In this document: positions 39,764 through 49,005 of the stretch, one piece after another
Layout of the letters: the number at the start of each line of letters is the position of its first letter
How positions within the stretch are numbered: the stretch's first letter is position 1
From: an uncultured Opitutaceae bacterium
Lineage (GTDB): Bacteria > Verrucomicrobiota > Verrucomicrobiia > Opitutales > Opitutaceae
Assembly (NCBI GenBank): GCA_967755175.1
Contig: CBRAFO010000007.1
Coordinates: 5,633 to 69,632, forward strand
Length of the DNA: 64,000 nucleotides
Reading direction: 5' to 3'
Position numbers and translations under genes: made by a program
Notes under the pieces: generated by a model
What the model was told of the DNA's origin: nothing
The model's database searches: none
Seen by the model: the letters and a program-made list of their open reading frames with translations, nothing else

Positions 39764-41695
39764 ATGACATCATCCCCCACAGTCGGCACTCCCGGTAAAA
39801 TCGTTCGTGCTGCCATCCATCCCGCGATCGGCATCGCCCGGGTCGGCAACAGCCCCGAGGAGTTCTACATCGGCCCTGAAGTCGCCGAGCCCGCTCCGAA
39901 GCCGCCCGGCTTTTACAAGGACGGCACGGGCGCGCTTAAACGCGAAGCCGCGCTCTTCCGCGTCTATGGTTATGATGCCGCTGGCAACGTCGTCGCCGAA
40001 CTCAACGCCGCCAACGCCGACATCACCTGGACCGCCCACCTCGCGAACGAGAAAGCCGCTTGGTATCAGTTCCAGATCGCCCTCGACATCCCTGAGGCGA
40101 ATCTCCCGCCGCCCGCCATCGATCCCTCGCTTCGGCGCAACTCCAACTTCTACGGCCCGGCCCGCCGCGAACTGGTCATCGATCCCGGCGCGATCTCGAT
40201 CCACGGCGCCAGCCAGTCCGGCGCCAGCTACCGGTTTGATCGCGGGCGCTTCTGCGGGAAACCGGTTTACCTGGGCGAACTCCGCACCGATGCGGCCGGC
40301 CACCTCATCGTCCTCGGCGGGCACGGGCACTCCGCATCCTATGACGGCAAACCCGCGGTCACCTTCGCGAACAACGATGGCTGGCATGACGATGTCGCCG
40401 ATGGCCCGGTCACCGCGACGGTCAAGATCGACGGACACGTAATCCCCTGCGAAGGCGCCTGGGTCGCGGTCGCCCCGCCCAACTACGCCCCCGATCTCGT
40501 GACCGTGCGCACGATGTATGACCTGCTCCTCGCGCTCTTCGTGGACGCCGCTTGGCTAACTGCGCCCGCGACCGTGTCGTTCACGAACGACATCTTGCCC
40601 ATCCTCCAACGCCTCTCCGGACTCGAGTGGGTCAACTCCGGCTTTGCGACGGGCTTCGGCTGGGGTTCGCGCCAGTATTTCGGCGACCCGGTCTATTTGA
40701 GGAAGCTTTCGCAAAAGCCGACGACCGCTCCCGACGGCACCGTTAACGACGAGTTCGGCGAGCTGCGCCGGCAGATCAATAACTCCTTCCGCGTTTACGA
40801 ACGCGACGGCATGTCGCCCGTTCCCTGGCCCTGGATTTATGGCGACGCGATGAGCATCCCCGCGTCCTCTCCGCGCCAATACAACGCGCTCTCCTCTTTG
40901 CAAATGGGCCTGCTCGCACGCTGGGTGAAGGGCGATTTTGTGGACGACTACGGCACGACGCCTCCGCCGCCCCGCAACATCGCTCAGGTGCCGCTCGCGC
41001 AACAGCCCGCCATGCTCGACCGCGCCGCCCTCACGTTCTGTCTGGCCGATGCGTTTCATCCCGGTTGCGAGATCACCTGGCCGATCCGCCAGCTCTCGAT
41101 GTTCTCTGCGCCTTTTCGCATTCGTCACCGTCCGCCAGGCGAACCGGAGCCCGACTATGGTCCGCAACTCACACCCGCCATCGCGCTCAGCCCCGGCGGA
41201 CCCGTTTACGCACAGGGCCCCGGCGGACTTTCGCGTTGGATGGCGGTGCCTTGGCAGACGGACACGGCGAGTTGCCAAAGCGGTTACGACAGCGCCTACG
41301 ATCCGCTCATCCCGACCTTCTGGGCCGCGCGCGTTCCCAACCAGGTGCTCACCCAGGAGGATTATCAGATCGCCACCGATCCCGCGCGTCCTCAGGCCGA
41401 GCGCCTTCGCGCCTTTAACAACCGCCCCAAGTGGATGCGTGTTCTCGCGAAAAACTATAAGGTTTATATCAACCAAATGGTTTCCGACTTCGGCAAGATG
41501 GGCGTGGTCGAGACGCATGCCAATCACGGCGACCCGCTGCTGCCGCCCTTGATCCTCGTCGAATCGAAACCCGGCGCGATTCCGGCACCTCCGGCCACCT
41601 CGCTGAAGTCGGCTTCGTTAACCGCAGCCGTGCCTGCCGAGACCTCCGGCGTCCACGAGGCACCGTCGGACAAGATCCACCGGCTCCATCGCTGA
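39764..41695 (+). CDS. lodA: LodA/GoxA-family CTQ-dependent amino-acid oxidase
   Basis: IHPAIGIARVGNS, GWHDDVADGPV, APPNYAPD, AFHPGCEITW, PWQTDTASC..FWAARVP; symbol is family-level only, substrate unknown. Confidence 0.92.
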   Translation: MTSSPTVGTPGKIVRAAIHPAIGIARVGNSPEEFYIGPEVAEPAPKPPGFYKDGTGALKREAALFRVYGYDAAGNVVAELNAANADITWTAHLANEKAAWYQFQIALDIPEANLPPPAIDPSLRRNSNFYGPARRELVIDPGAISIHGASQSGASYRFDRGRFCGKPVYLGELRTDAAGHLIVLGGHGHSASYDGKPAVTFANNDGWHDDVADGPVTATVKIDGHVIPCEGAWVAVAPPNYAPDLVTVRTMYDLLLALFVDAAWLTAPATVSFTNDILPILQRLSGLEWVNSGFATGFGWGSRQYFGDPVYLRKLSQKPTTAPDGTVNDEFGELRRQINNSFRVYERDGMSPVPWPWIYGDAMSIPASSPRQYNALSSLQMGLLARWVKGDFVDDYGTTPPPPRNIAQVPLAQQPAMLDRAALTFCLADAFHPGCEITWPIRQLSMFSAPFRIRHRPPGEPEPDYGPQLTPAIALSPGGPVYAQGPGGLSRWMAVPWQTDTASCQSGYDSAYDPLIPTFWAARVPNQVLTQEDYQIATDPARPQAERLRAFNNRPKWMRVLAKNYKVYINQMVSDFGKMGVVETHANHGDPLLPPLILVESKPGAIPAPPATSLKSASLTAAVPAETSGVHEAPSDKIHRLHR

Positions 41696-41704
41696 ACGTT
41701 TCGC

Positions 41705-42877
41705 GTGTCCACCGTTTCCTCCACCTATGACGCCGTCGTGATCGGCGGCGGCCCTGCCGGGTCGGCCGCCGCACTCACGCTTGCGCGTGCCTGCTGGCGC
41801 GTGTTGCTGGCGGAGACAGTGAGCACGGTGCCCTTTAAAATCGGCGAGTCACTCCCGCCGGCGGTGCGTCCGCTGCTCCGTGATCTGGGCATTGATTCAT
41901 GGATGCTCACCAACGACCACCTCCCGGGTCCCGGCACGGTCGCAGTCTGGGGCGGAGACACGCCGGTGGAGCGTGATTTCATCCGCGATCCCCACGGCTC
42001 CGGTTGGCATCTGGACCGCCCCAAATTCGACGTTGATCTCCGCGCAACCGCCCGGGCGGCGGGAGCCGACGTGCGGACCGGCTGTGCCTGCATTGGCGCC
42101 GCCCGGGGCACGCCGTCCGCGCACTCGGACTGGGACCTTCGGTTCACGGCGGAGGGTGGGGTGTTTCAGGTCTCCACGCCTTGGGTAATCGACGCCACGG
42201 GACGCCGTGCCCTCATTGCCGAACAAAACGGCGCTCCGGGCGAACGTGACGACGCGTTGGTTGCTTTCTGCGCCGTTCTGCCGGCCTCATCGAAAACGAC
42301 CGACGCGCGCTCCTGGGTCGAGTCCGTGGAGGACGGTTGGTGGTATGTGACGCGCCTGCCCGACCACCGTCGACTCGTGGCGTTTTTTACCGACGACGAT
42401 CTGCCGGCCGCTCGCGAAGTGAGCACGACCGCTGGGCTGACCCGCCGTTTGGCCGACACTCGCCATGTGGGTTCCGTCGCTGGCTTAACCGGTGACGATT
42501 CAATGGACCGCGTGCGGCGCTTTCCGGCCGGCAGTGTGTCACGGCGTGTGTTTTCCGGCGAGGGCTGGCTCGCGGTCGGCGACGCTTCGCTGGCGTTTGA
42601 TCCGCTGTCGTCGCAGGGAATTTTCCATGCGCTCTACACGGGGTTGCGCGGCGCGCAGGCGGTGATCTCCCGCGCCGGTGGCAACGACACTGCGTTGTCC
42701 ACTTGGGATGACCGCTTGCGTTCGATTCACGCCGCCTACCACAACCACCTCGCTCAATGCTACCGGGCCGAGACGCGTTGGGCAGAGTCCCCGTTTTGGC
42801 AGCGTCGCCACGACTCAGGCGCAGTCGGTGCGCTTCGCACGGAAACCTCTGCAGCCGATCTGTCCGCAGCTTTTTGA
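41705..42877 (+). CDS. lodB: LodB/GoxB-family flavoprotein (CTQ maturation)
   Basis: DAVVIGGGPAG, KIGESLPP, GWHLDR..FD, VIDATGR, AVGDA..AFDPLSSQG; 9 bp after lodA. Confidence 0.9.
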   Translation: MSTVSSTYDAVVIGGGPAGSAAALTLARACWRVLLAETVSTVPFKIGESLPPAVRPLLRDLGIDSWMLTNDHLPGPGTVAVWGGDTPVERDFIRDPHGSGWHLDRPKFDVDLRATARAAGADVRTGCACIGAARGTPSAHSDWDLRFTAEGGVFQVSTPWVIDATGRRALIAEQNGAPGERDDALVAFCAVLPASSKTTDARSWVESVEDGWWYVTRLPDHRRLVAFFTDDDLPAAREVSTTAGLTRRLADTRHVGSVAGLTGDDSMDRVRRFPAGSVSRRVFSGEGWLAVGDASLAFDPLSSQGIFHALYTGLRGAQAVISRAGGNDTALSTWDDRLRSIHAAYHNHLAQCYRAETRWAESPFWQRRHDSGAVGALRTETSAADLSAAF

Positions 42878-42918
42878 TTTTCCCTTTCCTCGCTTCACTC
42901 GCACCCCGTCCCACTCCT

Positions 42919-45900
42919 ATGAAACCACGTCCCCGCCGTTCCTTCGGCCCATCCTTGGTGATGTCCTGTTTGTTCGCCTGTTTTGCCTCGGTGGCAGCTC
43001 AGGCTGTCGCGGCTGAATCGAGTTCCCCCACGACCGTTTTTGCCGATGTCGTGGCGCTGGATCAGCCGTTCATGTTCAACCGCCTCGGCGCGGCGCAGCC
43101 CCAGGGCATGATCTTCGCGCTGGCCGGCGACATCGTTCCGATGGAGGCGGGGCAGGGGATCTCGCCCGGCAATGTCATGCTGCGAAAAGACAAACGCGCC
43201 CGCCCGCTCGTGCTGCGCGTCAACGCCGGCCAGTTCCTCGAAATTCGTTTCACCAATCTCCTCGCGCCGCAGCCCGTTAATCCGGCCACCAGTGGTGCGA
43301 TCACTTCGCTGCAACCGGTCACTCGCTCGGCCGGCGTGCACATCACCGGCATGGAACTCGTTTCGGTGACGTTGCCCAACGGCCAGGTTCAGCCCGGTAT
43401 CGCCAGCGACGCCACCTGGGTGGGCGTCAACCCCGACAGCCTCGCCGCGCCCGGCCAGCAACGCATCTATAAATACTACGCGAAGGCCGAGGGCACGTTC
43501 ATGCTCTACAGCGCGGGCGGCGATTGGGCCGGCCAGTTGCAGGCCGGTTTGTTCGGCGCCGCCACGGTGGAGCCGACCCATGCGCAGTGGTATCGCAGCC
43601 AGGTCACCCACGACGACCTCGAACTCGCCGCCTATCGCGTTGAGCCGACCAAGGACGGACGTCTGCGAGTTCCCGGCCGCGACGATCTTACGTTCCAACG
43701 CAAGACCGACCGCGACGGCAAACCGCTCACCGTCACTACCGAAGACGGCGAATTGAACCTCTGGAGTTTCTGGACGCCCGATTCCTATCAGCTGGGTGAG
43801 CAAAAGACGGACGTGATCATCCGCCGTGACCGCGTCTTCACGCCCGACGGTCGCCCGCTGGTCGATTACAACGCGGTCTATCCTGCCGGCCATCCGCGTG
43901 CCGGCCTGCCCATCCTGCTCATGACCCGCAGCCTCGCCGACGGCCGCGACGAATTGATCTCCAGCGACCTCACCGCGATCATTACCGGCCCGGGTGGCGG
44001 CAATTTTCCATTCACCGAAAATGGCCCTGGCTTTACGCAGAATCCGACTTACCCGGGCCGTCGTGAACCGTTCCGTGAGCTCACCATCATGTATCACGAG
44101 AGCTTCGGCACCGTGCAGGCGTTTCAGCAGTTCAACAACCCGCAGCCGCTCGCCGCCGTGCTCGGCGCCGGCACCGATAACTTCGCGATCAACTACGGCT
44201 CCGCCGGCATCGGCGCAGAGGTGCTCGCCAGCCGTCTCGGCGTCGGTCCGATGGGCGCCAAGGAGTCCGTCGATCTCAAGTTCGAGGAGTTTTTCCTGAG
44301 TTCCTGGGCCTGCGGCGATCCCGCCATGGTCGTGGACGTTCCCGCCAACGCGCCCAACCAGACCGTGACCGATCCGGCCACCGGTTCGCAGCAGATCAAC
44401 TCGCTCATCACCAACGGCAATGCCGCCGCGTTTAAGCCGCTCTCGGGCAAGAAAGCCACCAAGGCCTACTATCCCGACGACCCCTCCAACGTTTACCACA
44501 GCTACATCCGCGACCGCGTGACGATGCGCGTGCTTCACACCGGCGGCGGCATCACCCACGTGCATCACTTGCACGCGCACCAATGGCTGCGTTCGCCCAA
44601 CAGCGACGACGGTCACTACCTCGACAGCCAGATGATCACCCCGGGCTCCGCCTACACGATGGAGATCGCCCACAACGGCAGCGGTAACCTCAACGAAACC
44701 GTCGGCGATTCGATTTTCCACTGTCACTTTTATCCGCACTTCGCCAGCGGCATGTGGGCGCTGTGGCGCACCCATGATGTCTTCGAATCCGGCACCCGTC
44801 TCGACCGCGATGGTCGTCCGCTCCCCGGTTGGAACCGCGCGCTGCCCGATGGCGAGATCGTGGCCGGAACGCCGATTCCCGCCGTCGTGCCGATGCCCAC
44901 GCTGGCCATGGCCCCGGCGCCCGCCCCCGTGCGTCTTATCGACAACGGTCGTCGCGTTGAAGTCCGCCCCAAGATCCCCGCCGACCGCCACCACGAAGCC
45001 TTCTACGACAGTCCGGGGTTTCCGTTCTTCGTGCCCGGCGTCTCCGGACACCGCGCTCCGCATCCGCCTCTCGACATGGCTTGGGAAGAATCCGCCCCCG
45101 GCGTTCCCTCCCACGATAAAGACGGCAAGCTGATCTACCTGGATGGCGGCCTTCCTCGTCACCAGGTGCTCGACGGCACCATCGTCCACGAACTGCACAC
45201 GCGCTGGGATTTCAGCAAAGACTTCCTCGTCCGCGACAAGTCCGGCAAACCCATCGCCGGCGGCCTGATCGCCTTCGAACTCCCCGAGGATGGCACCGCC
45301 ATCGAGAAAGCCGCGATGGCCGCGACTTCGACTCGCACCCGCGCCTCGGTTCTCCCCAACGGCGACCCCGGCAACTTTACGCTCAACGGCCTGCCTCCCG
45401 CCCACGGCGCGCCCTTTGCCAACCCCAGCGTCGATGAGAACGGCAACGCCCAGATCAACGTCCGCCGTTATCAAGGCGCCGCGATCCAGACCGACGCCGT
45501 GCTCAACAAGCAGGGGTGGCACTTCCCGCAGCAGCGCATCATCACGCTCTGGCAGGACGTGAAGCCCACCATCAGCGGTGACCGCGCTCCGCAGCCCTTC
45601 TTCTTCCGCGCCAACACCGGCGAGACGGTCGAATTCTGGCACACCAATCTCGTGCCCGATTACTACGATCTCGACGACTTCCAGGTGCGCACCCCGACCG
45701 ACATCATCGGTCAACACATCCACCTCGTGAAGTTCGACGTGCTCGCCTCCGACGGCGCTGGCAACGGCTTCAACTACGAAGACGGCACCTTCAGCCCCGA
45801 CGAGGTCCGCACCCGCATCGACGCGCTCAACCTCTCCGGCGGTCTCCACGTCTTCGATCCCCGCACGCAGTTTGCGGGCAAGAAGCAGCGCACACTCACC

Positions 45901-48900
45901 GCAAAACCCGCCCCGGCTGTTTTCGGTTCCGCTCCAGCCGGACAAGACTGGGCGGGCGCGCAGACCACCATTCAGCGCTGGGGCATCGATCCCGTGGTTA
46001 ACAACCTCGGCGAAGATCGCACCCTCCGCACGGTCTTCACGCACGACCATTTCGGACCCTCGACCCACCAGCAGGCCGGCCTCTACGGCGGCCTGCTCGT
46101 CGAACCCCAAGGCTCCAAATGGTATGACCCCATCGCCGGCGGTCTTCTCTACGACACGACGAAGCGCAGCGACGGCGGCCCTACCTTGTGGCAGGCCAAC
46201 ATCGTCACGGCCAACCCGGTCGACAGCTACCGCGAGTTCGCCATCGAGTTCGGCGACTTCCAACTCGCCTATGGCCCCGGCAGTCCCTCGAAGCCCGGCA
46301 CGCCCAGCACCCCGCTCTTCACCACAACCACCACCTCCACCTTCCCGGTTCCCCTCAAACCGGGCAAGGTCACGGCCGCCGTCGCATCAATCTTTGCGAC
46401 CAACGGCGTCGTGTTCGCCAACGACCACGCGATCCTTGAACAAGGCAAGACGTCCGGCGAGTGGCTGTTGACCTATCGTCCGGCGAAGGACGTTGCGGAG
46501 CGCTATCGTCTGGTGCCCACCACCGCCACCGCGAGCCCCGCGCTCTACGCGGTGTATCCGCTGGATCAGCCGCACTCGTGGGTATCGTCCACGTTTGCGA
46601 TCAACCCTGCGCCGGTTGACGCCAACAATCAGGTGAGCGGTGCGCCTTATCCCACGCTCATCAGCGTGCCCACGCCCGGCACCTTCTCGCTCAACTACCG
46701 CAACGAGCCGATTCCCTCCCGCGTGTGGGACCCCGTGAAGCAACAGCCCGCCGCCGGCACCGCCGGCGACTTGTCGTTTGCCTACGCCTCGATTCCGCGC
46801 GCCGATGTCCGCCTGAATCAGCAGCCGATTCCGGGCACGGCGATCAATCCCTCCGACCCGACCAGCTTCACGTTCCCGGCTAACATCAACCCGACCGTCA
46901 ACGGCCCGACGACCTCGGTTGGCGACCTCGGCAAGGTGCAGCCCACCGATCCGTTCACCCCGATGTTCCGCGCCTACGCCGGCGACAAGGTTCAGGTGCG
47001 CACCCTCGTGGGAGCGCATCAAAACCCGCACTTCTTAAGCATCGACGGCGTCAGCTGGCTCTTCGAACCCGGCAATGAAAACTCCGGCTATCGCAACAAC
47101 CAGCCGATGGGCATCTCCGAGCACTTCGAGATGAACTTCACGCTGCCGCGCGCCACCGAATCGACCGCCCTCCCGTTCGCCGATCATCGCTACGAGGCGA
47201 GCGCCGGTGTCGATGGCGTCACCAACGGCATCTGGGGCATCCTCCGTTCCTACCAACAACAGGTTCCGGAGCTCGTTCCGCTGCCCAACAACACTCCGCC
47301 CGCCAACGCGCCGCTGGTTGCCGAGATCAAACCTCCAGCCAACGCCAAAATCCGCCGTATCCACGTCGTGGCCACGACGGTGCAGCAGGCGACGGGCGGA
47401 GGATTGGTCTATAACTCCCGCGGACAAACGACTGCGCTCAATCCCGCTCAGATCAACACCGCGCTGCCGATCACCGATCCCGACGCCTTGATCTATGTGC
47501 GCGCCGAGGACCTTGATCCGACCACCGGCAAGTTGATCCATCCGGGGCGCATCGAGCCGCTCATCCTGCGCGCCGCCGCCGGCGAGTGGATCGAACTCAC
47601 CCTCACGAATAACTTCCAGCCGTCCGCGCAGCCGGAAATCTTCGCGACCCCCGTCGCCGCGTCGTCTCCCTTCGGACAGGGTCCTGTCGCCGCCGTCCCG
47701 CCGATCACGTTGCTCACCTCGCCCAATGTCGGCCTCAATCCGCAGGTCGTCGGCTACGACATTACCCGAGCCAATGGCGTGAACGTCGGCTTCAACCCGA
47801 CCGTCACCGTCGCGCCCGGCCAGACGTCCAAGCCGGTCTATTGGTATGCCGGTGCGCTCACCGTCGCGCAGGATGGCAGCTTCGTTGCTACTCCGATAGA
47901 GTTTGGCGCCATCAACCTCACGCCGTCCGACCCGCTCCAGCAGCATACGTTGGGCTTGGTTGGCGGACTCGTGATTGAACCGGTGGGATCGACCTGGACG
48001 GAAGACGTTAACCAACGCGCATCCGCCACCGTCACCAAGGCCGATGGCACCACGTTCCGCGACTTCGTCATGATCTGCCAGGACGACGTCACGCTCACCA
48101 ACGCCGCCGGCGCCCACACCGTGAACTACGGCACCGAGCCGATCGCCTACCGATATCCGACGTCGTATTTCCCCATCGTGAATGGCGGTCCGAACTTCGC
48201 GGGTGCCGATGTCACCCAAGCCACCGCGAATTCGCTGGTCGCGGCCGATCCTCAAACGCCGATCTATGTGGCCGGCGCAGGCACTCCGGTGCGCTTCCGT
48301 ATGCTCCATCCCGCCAACGCGGCCGGGGCCGACGGCGAGGTGCTCACGATCGATGGCCATGTCTTCCAGGAAGAGCCGTTTACCGACAACAGCCGCGTGA
48401 TCGGCGACAACCCGCGTTCCCAGTGGTTTGGCGCCCGCGGCGGCCATGGTGCGCGTGATCGTTTCGATCTCGTGCTCCCCAGCGCCGGCGGCGACCACCG
48501 GGTGCCCGGCGACTACCTCTACCGCTCGCTCATCGCCCTCGGCGGCGGCGACCAGGCCGACGGCGAGTGGGGCCTCTTCCGCGTCACCGCGCCGGGCAAG
48601 GATGCCGTCATCATCAAGCAGGCCGCAGTCAACGGCTCGCTCACGCTGTCCGGTGCCAACTCGGTAAACCCCGCCACGGGCACCTTCGCGAAAACCATTT
48701 CGGTTTACGCGGGTGGTTCGACTTCCGGAACGCCGCTGGCCACTGCCAACGTCGATCCACTCACCGGCGCGTGGAGTGTGACTCAGGCGCTCACTGGCGC
48801 GGCTCCGGCCAAGCTGAGCGTGCTCTCGTCCGACGGTGGTTTGGCCACGGTCGATATCAAAGCCCCGGGTGGATTGCTAAAAGCTGCGGTGTCTGCGCCT

Positions 48901-49005
48901 GCCGAGCCCGCGCGTGAGCCTTCGCCGAAGCTTAAGCTCTACAAAAAGCGGCACGACCAGCGGTCTCGTCCGCCTGAAGCTGCCCAAGTCATCAAGAGCG
49001 AATAA
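42919..49005 (+). CDS. mnxG: MnxG-like large multicopper oxidase (~2028 aa)
   Basis: HVHHLHAHQW, HCHFYPHFASGM, QHIHLVKFD, THDHFGPSTHQQAGLYG; RRSF Tat-like leader; symbol reflects family resemblance, not function. Confidence 0.85.
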   Translation: MKPRPRRSFGPSLVMSCLFACFASVAAQAVAAESSSPTTVFADVVALDQPFMFNRLGAAQPQGMIFALAGDIVPMEAGQGISPGNVMLRKDKRARPLVLRVNAGQFLEIRFTNLLAPQPVNPATSGAITSLQPVTRSAGVHITGMELVSVTLPNGQVQPGIASDATWVGVNPDSLAAPGQQRIYKYYAKAEGTFMLYSAGGDWAGQLQAGLFGAATVEPTHAQWYRSQVTHDDLELAAYRVEPTKDGRLRVPGRDDLTFQRKTDRDGKPLTVTTEDGELNLWSFWTPDSYQLGEQKTDVIIRRDRVFTPDGRPLVDYNAVYPAGHPRAGLPILLMTRSLADGRDELISSDLTAIITGPGGGNFPFTENGPGFTQNPTYPGRREPFRELTIMYHESFGTVQAFQQFNNPQPLAAVLGAGTDNFAINYGSAGIGAEVLASRLGVGPMGAKESVDLKFEEFFLSSWACGDPAMVVDVPANAPNQTVTDPATGSQQINSLITNGNAAAFKPLSGKKATKAYYPDDPSNVYHSYIRDRVTMRVLHTGGGITHVHHLHAHQWLRSPNSDDGHYLDSQMITPGSAYTMEIAHNGSGNLNETVGDSIFHCHFYPHFASGMWALWRTHDVFESGTRLDRDGRPLPGWNRALPDGEIVAGTPIPAVVPMPTLAMAPAPAPVRLIDNGRRVEVRPKIPADRHHEAFYDSPGFPFFVPGVSGHRAPHPPLDMAWEESAPGVPSHDKDGKLIYLDGGLPRHQVLDGTIVHELHTRWDFSKDFLVRDKSGKPIAGGLIAFELPEDGTAIEKAAMAATSTRTRASVLPNGDPGNFTLNGLPPAHGAPFANPSVDENGNAQINVRRYQGAAIQTDAVLNKQGWHFPQQRIITLWQDVKPTISGDRAPQPFFFRANTGETVEFWHTNLVPDYYDLDDFQVRTPTDIIGQHIHLVKFDVLASDGAGNGFNYEDGTFSPDEVRTRIDALNLSGGLHVFDPRTQFAGKKQRTLTAKPAPAVFGSAPAGQDWAGAQTTIQRWGIDPVVNNLGEDRTLRTVFTHDHFGPSTHQQAGLYGGLLVEPQGSKWYDPIAGGLLYDTTKRSDGGPTLWQANIVTANPVDSYREFAIEFGDFQLAYGPGSPSKPGTPSTPLFTTTTTSTFPVPLKPGKVTAAVASIFATNGVVFANDHAILEQGKTSGEWLLTYRPAKDVAERYRLVPTTATASPALYAVYPLDQPHSWVSSTFAINPAPVDANNQVSGAPYPTLISVPTPGTFSLNYRNEPIPSRVWDPVKQQPAAGTAGDLSFAYASIPRADVRLNQQPIPGTAINPSDPTSFTFPANINPTVNGPTTSVGDLGKVQPTDPFTPMFRAYAGDKVQVRTLVGAHQNPHFLSIDGVSWLFEPGNENSGYRNNQPMGISEHFEMNFTLPRATESTALPFADHRYEASAGVDGVTNGIWGILRSYQQQVPELVPLPNNTPPANAPLVAEIKPPANAKIRRIHVVATTVQQATGGGLVYNSRGQTTALNPAQINTALPITDPDALIYVRAEDLDPTTGKLIHPGRIEPLILRAAAGEWIELTLTNNFQPSAQPEIFATPVAASSPFGQGPVAAVPPITLLTSPNVGLNPQVVGYDITRANGVNVGFNPTVTVAPGQTSKPVYWYAGALTVAQDGSFVATPIEFGAINLTPSDPLQQHTLGLVGGLVIEPVGSTWTEDVNQRASATVTKADGTTFRDFVMICQDDVTLTNAAGAHTVNYGTEPIAYRYPTSYFPIVNGGPNFAGADVTQATANSLVAADPQTPIYVAGAGTPVRFRMLHPANAAGADGEVLTIDGHVFQEEPFTDNSRVIGDNPRSQWFGARGGHGARDRFDLVLPSAGGDHRVPGDYLYRSLIALGGGDQADGEWGLFRVTAPGKDAVIIKQAAVNGSLTLSGANSVNPATGTFAKTISVYAGGSTSGTPLATANVDPLTGAWSVTQALTGAAPAKLSVLSSDGGLATVDIKAPGGLLKAAVSAPAEPAREPSPKLKLYKKRHDQRSRPPEAAQVIKSE

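Noticed and set aside
42895-46263. Long antisense ORFs (1122 aa here; also 7411-9684, 9694-10830, 46387-48498 and others)
   Set aside because: Shadow frames of high-GC3 genes; no motifs, and fully overlap well-supported + strand CDSs
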